Below are positions 59,470 through 64,000 of a stretch of DNA of 64,000 nucleotides, one piece after another. The position numbers and the translations under genes were made by a program. Numbering within the stretch: the stretch's first letter is position 1; each line of letters starts with the position of its first letter. Under the pieces are notes generated by a model, which was not told the DNA's origin, searched no databases, and worked only from the letters and a program-made list of their open reading frames with translations. Origin of the DNA: Octopus sinensis (taxonomy: Eukaryota); NCBI RefSeq assembly GCF_006345805.1, contig NC_043002.1, positions 4,960,001-5,024,000 on the forward strand, given 5' to 3'.

Positions 59470-62020
59470 GTTTAGTTTTAGTTTAGTTTAGTTTAGTTAA
59501 TTTGGCTCAAAAGCAAATAGCAAGGCCATGTAGGGGGACATGGAGTTAAGTACAGGGTGGTGTTCATGTAAAGAGTTCAGGCCACTTGAGGTCAAGGGAG
59601 GCTTTGAACAAAGCAGTCGTCGGCATCTTCACCATCTCGTCTGGCAGCTTGTTCCACGGATCCGCAACCCGGACAGAGAAAGCTCCTCTCCTTCGATTGA
59701 GATGAAATCGTCGCAGGTAGAGCTTTTCGGAATGACCCCGCAGCCGACGCTCTGGAGCAGGACTGAAGAACAGCTCTTTCGAGAGGTTACACTTTCCGCT
59801 TATGATGTTGTGGGCGAGAATGAGATCACCACGGCGGCGGCGTTTTTCAAGAGAATAAAGGTCGAGCGTCCTCAGCCTTTCTTCGTAGGACAAATTTTTG
59901 AGACCATGAACCATGCAGGTAGCCAGCTTCTGGACTCTTTCGAGATGCTGTATGTCTTTGAGGAGATAAGGAGAAGAGGCTTGAATCCCGTACTCCAATA
60001 TGGGTCTCACCAGCGTGACATAGAGTGGTAGGAATATGGCTGCTGTGAGCATTCCGAATGACCGTCGAATCAAGAACAGAATTCTGCGTGCTTTGTTGGC
60101 AGCATGGACGCACTGGGCCGAAGGCGAAAAGGAGGAATCCACCAAGATACCCAGGTCCTTTACCTGATCGGTCCTCTCCAGCAGCAGACGACCCGGCTCG
60201 AAATCAAATTGAGTTGCAGGAGGAGAGCCAACAGGCAGATGACAGCACTTTGACACGTTCAGACACAGGTCCCATTCATTAGACCACTTCCAAATTTGGT
60301 GGAGGCATCGACGAAGATCCTCTATATCACCGCGAGGAGCGACCAGTTTGATATCGTCGGCAAATAGAAGGGTGTGTTGCGTGAGGTCGTCGGGCAAGTC
60401 ATTTATGAAGACTAAGAACAACAAGGGCCCAAGCACTGAACCTTGAGGCACGCCACTGCTCGCACTGGAGACGTCGGACCGCGAACCATTAACTTGGACT
60501 TGGAAGGAGCGATCTGAGAGGAAGGCACCAACCCATCGTACAATATCCGGATGGAAACTATATGCTTGAAGCTTGACAAGTAATAGGCGGTGGTTTACCG
60601 AGTCAAAAGCTTTGGCAAAGTCCAATAAAACGATGTCAACAACATCACTATCATCGAGGATGCACGTCACCAATTCTTCCATTACTAGTAAGTTGGTCAA
60701 GCATGATCTCTTCGGCATGAAGCCGTGTTGGGAATCAGAGATAGAGGCTGTGTTTAGGAGGTGGAGCATCATACTTTTCTTAAGGATGGTTTCGAACATC
60801 TTGCTGATTATTGATGTAAGGGAAACCGGTCGGTAGTTAAGCGGGTCTTCGCGGCTCCCTTTCTTGAAAATTGGGCAGATTATCGCTGTTCTCCAGTCTG
60901 CAGGTATAACACCCGTCGCCAATGACATATTGAATAGATGTGTTAAGGGCTCGCAGATGACCGGAGCCAACGCTTTGATAACCCGTGGGTGTATGCCGTC
61001 AGGGCCGTGACCCTTGTTGACATCGAGGCCTTGAATAACACGTTTGACTTCGTCCCGCGTGATGACCAATCGAAGCATTGGAGGTACCGATCTATCAAAT
61101 GGAGGGGGTTCACGACCATCATCTTGTTTGAAAATAGTTGAAAAAGCCTCAGCAAATAATTGACTCTGTTGATAAGGGTCCTCAATCGATACGCCTGTTG
61201 AGTCTACCAACGTTGCAATCTGGTTGTTCAAGCGGGAATTCTGCTGGACATGGGCAAAGAAGGTTTTTGGATTGCTACTGGCATTTGCCGCGATTTTGTA
61301 TTCATAACTGAAGCCTTCTTCCTTTTCAATTTTCACGGCTCGGTCTCGTTGAGTTTTGTACACCTCAAAAGCTGCAGTCGAATCCAGATTTTTGAATTCA
61401 GCCCAAGCAATATCTCTGAGTCAACGTTCTCGTTTATCCTTCTTCGTCACCCAGGGCTTGTGTTTCTTCTTCTTGGGAAGCCCAACGGGAACTGCCTGGT
61501 CAGTCAACCAGATTACATATGCTTTGAGGGATGACCATAGTTCGTCAACTGAGGACAACGTCATCAGGGATCGCCAGTCCAGAAGCGCGGAAGCCTCGGT
61601 TAGAATTTCAAGATTAATTGCAGAGAAGACTACGTGGCAGTGAAGTAGTCGTGGGCATAGAAAAAGTTGTGTGCATGACTTCAGGACCGCATGATCACTC
61701 TTGGCAAGAGGGGCGCACACAGATACGTCTGACACTGATCTTGGATAGCGGGAGAATACCAGATCTAGCATAGATGGCTGCTGCCCAGACCGATGCCTTG
61801 TCGGATATTCAACATGTTGCGATAGAAAACAATCTTCACCCACGTCAAGAAGGGCCTGGCCGAACCGGGAAGATGTTGTACAAATTGATGCGGGCCAATC
61901 GATCGTGGGAGCGTTGAAGTCTCCTAGTACCAAACAGTCATGCGAAGCTGAAACGAATCTTATCGCTTCGAGTAAATAAGCATCGTCCTGGGGGTCGGCA
62001 AGAGGCAGCGGGCAGTGAAC
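59470..62020 (-). mobile_element. 5'-truncated, near-intact CR1-clade LINE (partial APE endonuclease, full RT, 3' UTR, (ACTAA)n tail)
   Basis: One reading frame 62020-59564 with a single TGA at 61421-61423; LVLGDFNAP...IDW and SDH (APE); NYRPVSLTS, QHGF, DFAKAFDSV, GVPQGSVLGPLLF, LFADDIK (RT). Confidence 0.95.
59564..61363 (-). CDS. CR1 ORF2 reverse transcriptase portion (599 aa, downstream of the premature stop)
   Basis: Uninterrupted ORF containing all RT motifs; the listed start is not a true initiation site. Confidence 0.85.
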   Translation of the reverse strand: MYKTQRDRAVKIEKEEGFSYEYKIAANASSNPKTFFAHVQQNSRLNNQIATLVDSTGVSIEDPYQQSQLFAEAFSTIFKQDDGREPPPFDRSVPPMLRLVITRDEVKRVIQGLDVNKGHGPDGIHPRVIKALAPVICEPLTHLFNMSLATGVIPADWRTAIICPIFKKGSREDPLNYRPVSLTSIISKMFETILKKSMMLHLLNTASISDSQHGFMPKRSCLTNLLVMEELVTCILDDSDVVDIVLLDFAKAFDSVNHRLLLVKLQAYSFHPDIVRWVGAFLSDRSFQVQVNGSRSDVSSASSGVPQGSVLGPLLFLVFINDLPDDLTQHTLLFADDIKLVAPRGDIEDLRRCLHQIWKWSNEWDLCLNVSKCCHLPVGSPPATQFDFEPGRLLLERTDQVKDLGILVDSSFSPSAQCVHAANKARRILFLIRRSFGMLTAAIFLPLYVTLVRPILEYGIQASSPYLLKDIQHLERVQKLATCMVHGLKNLSYEERLRTLDLYSLEKRRRRGDLILAHNIISGKCNLSKELFFSPAPERRLRGHSEKLYLRRFHLNRRRGAFSVRVADPWNKLPDEMVKMPTTALFKASLDLKWPELFT

Positions 62021-62354
62021 TATTTAGTAGACAATACTGTCCATTAATTTGTAAATTTGGCTGTTTTCTGTGTTCCTACAACAGAAGCTAGTTGATTTTT
62101 TTTGCACACATTCACTCAGGTGTTAATGATGTTGCAATTTGAGGAACACCTTTGCTATCATTTCACTACTGTCTTAACTAATGTGTTTATAGGAGCTGTA
62201 TCTGTGCTGTTGTTACTATTGGAAGGAAATCTTCTCTCTAACTTATAACAAATTCTTGGCAAAATGACACGACAGATGACATCCGAAAAGATTGACTCTC
62301 ATGTTTGTTGACTGTTTGAAAATTTTAGCTTTAGTTCAAAGTAACAATGATTTA

Positions 62355-62470
62355 AAGCCTAGGTTCTCAAAGTGGGCACTACTTCCCCTTGGTGGGCGTT
62401 GAGAGGGTCCAGGTGGGTGCTGGTGTCTAAGGGGGCAGTAGAGAAAAAGGGGGCATTGGGAGAAAGGCAT
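62355..62470 (+). mobile_element. Possible hAT/Charlie-type MITE end
   Basis: CCTAGGTTCTCAAAGTGGGC resembles CAGGGGTTCTCAAAGTG termini; no partner TIR found. Confidence 0.35.
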
Positions 62471-63159
62471 TGGATTGGGGGGACACCTATGAATTTCTTG
62501 AAAGCTTGTCCAGTGTTGCAAAAGAGTGCATTGTTTCAATACAATGAATACAGTGTTGCGAAAGGGTGCATCATTTCTGCTCAAGTCCATAAGAAAGAAG
62601 AAATGTACTGTATGACTTAGAAGAATTAGTTTTGTGGTTATATCTGGAAAAACAACTGCAATAGTTTTGCTATTCTGTTGACAAAACTCTGGCAAGTAAT
62701 AGACTGGTCAAGGTCGACATTCCAGTTCAGTCATGAATATCAAGGAAGCAAATTCCATCTTGTTGCTGAACCTCATCAAAAACAGCTGAATAAATTGAGT
62801 TTAGGTTCATCATTGATATATCCTATCACCATTATATGATGATTCTTTAAAATTTCTCTTGATTCAGTGTATTTAAGCTGAGAGAGACATTATTTCCGGA
62901 GTTCTGTGCCATTTATATCCTTGACTTTATCAATGAAGGCAACGTTGTAAATTTTATTAGTGTACCCTATTTTCACATCAGGGTTCATCCTTTGAGGTTA
63001 ATGCTTGAAACCCCTAATAAGGTCATCATGATACTTGAGTCTTGATTGGATTATTCACAGCATGTCATAAGAGCCTAGAAACTCTTTGTTTGAGGTACAG
63101 AAGCTCCTGACTATGTTACATCTCGCTGGATGTCATTCTTGAGCAATCCATATGTAAAG

Positions 63160-63389
63160 GCGGCAAGCTGGCAGAAACGTTAGCACGCCGGGCGAAATGC
63201 GTAGCCGTATTTCGTCTGCGGCTACGTTCTGAGTTCAAATTCCGCCGAGGTCGACCTTGCCTTTCATCCTTTCGAGGTCGATAAATTAAGTACCAGTTAC
63301 GCACTGGGGTCGATGTAATCAACTTAATTCATTTGTCTGTCCTTGTTTGTCCCCTCTATGTTTAGCCCCTTGTGGGTAGTAAAGAAACA
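63160..63389 (+). mobile_element. SINE family C monomer with an 11-bp TSD
   Basis: CATATGTAAAG at 63149-63159 and 63390-63400. Confidence 0.92.
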
Positions 63390-64000
63390 CATATGTAAAG
63401 CATTGTCACTGTCCATAAGTGTCATAAACTTTGCCATAGACTATTTAACGATCTTGTAATGAACTTAAACCTTGCACTTTATGAAGAAGTCATTAAAAGA
63501 AGCCTTCAAGTTGACTGGTGTGTGTGTGCAGTAAAACTATCTTCCAACGGCACTCTCAATACTTGTCAGGCTGACCTTCAATAAAGACACATTGCAGCTT
63601 CATTTCGGTTGCTTGTTCCATATAAAGTAGAATGGATCCTGATGGTACAATAGTGTTTTTGCAAAGGAACTGTACAGTTACTGCTTGAAAAAGGCTGTAA
63701 TTGTTGTCCTTTGGATTTTGTGCAGATTTTCCAAGTTTGAATGCTGTGGCAACTTCATATATGGAAAAAACAAAATGCACCAGGAAACCTTATTGGTGCT
63801 TTTGCATTGTCCCTGCTGGAATTGGGTAACTTTATCTTGTCTGTTTTGTTGTGTCAGAGCAAACATCGCAGTGTTAGGTCCCTTAACCTTTTCATTACTG
63901 TATTTATTTTGAGATGCTGTGTTTCTTTCAGTTACTTTAAATACAACAAAGAATTTAGTAAAATAACTTAGTTATTATTCAGCTGGTGTTAGGAACATAT

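Noticed and set aside
63556-63780. Weak piggyBac-like words (FIEGQPDKY)
   Set aside because: A single short motif with no catalytic context and no TTAA/TIR ends.

Overview
AT-rich, repeat-saturated animal DNA. It is most likely octopus (coleoid cephalopod); this is inferred from the SINE/RTE repertoire and microsatellite load and was not verified by search. The only host gene I can support is the first coding exon of a fem-1 (FEM1A/C-type) ankyrin-repeat gene (+, 39938-40478). Its next exon is not detectable, implying an intron longer than 23 kb. The rest is mobile DNA: a near-intact 5'-truncated CR1-clade LINE antisense in that intron (one premature stop), about 17 3'-end fragments of an RTE LINE, several tRNA-derived SINE families with interchangeable heads and tails, an R4/Dong-like RLE LINE remnant, an AcademX-like XPG-nuclease remnant, a Merlin-type MITE with telomere-like repeats, a non-autonomous Helitron, several fold-back hairpins and kilobase microsatellites. 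The most notable observations are a CpG-decayed hammerhead ribozyme relic in a Penelope-like repeat, combinatorial SINE head/tail shuffling, two SINE dimers sharing a GGTATTT breakpoint that matches their target sites, a uORF cassette on fem-1, and many inverted repeats in the fem-1 intron that could form dsRNA. I found no clearly new multi-gene system.
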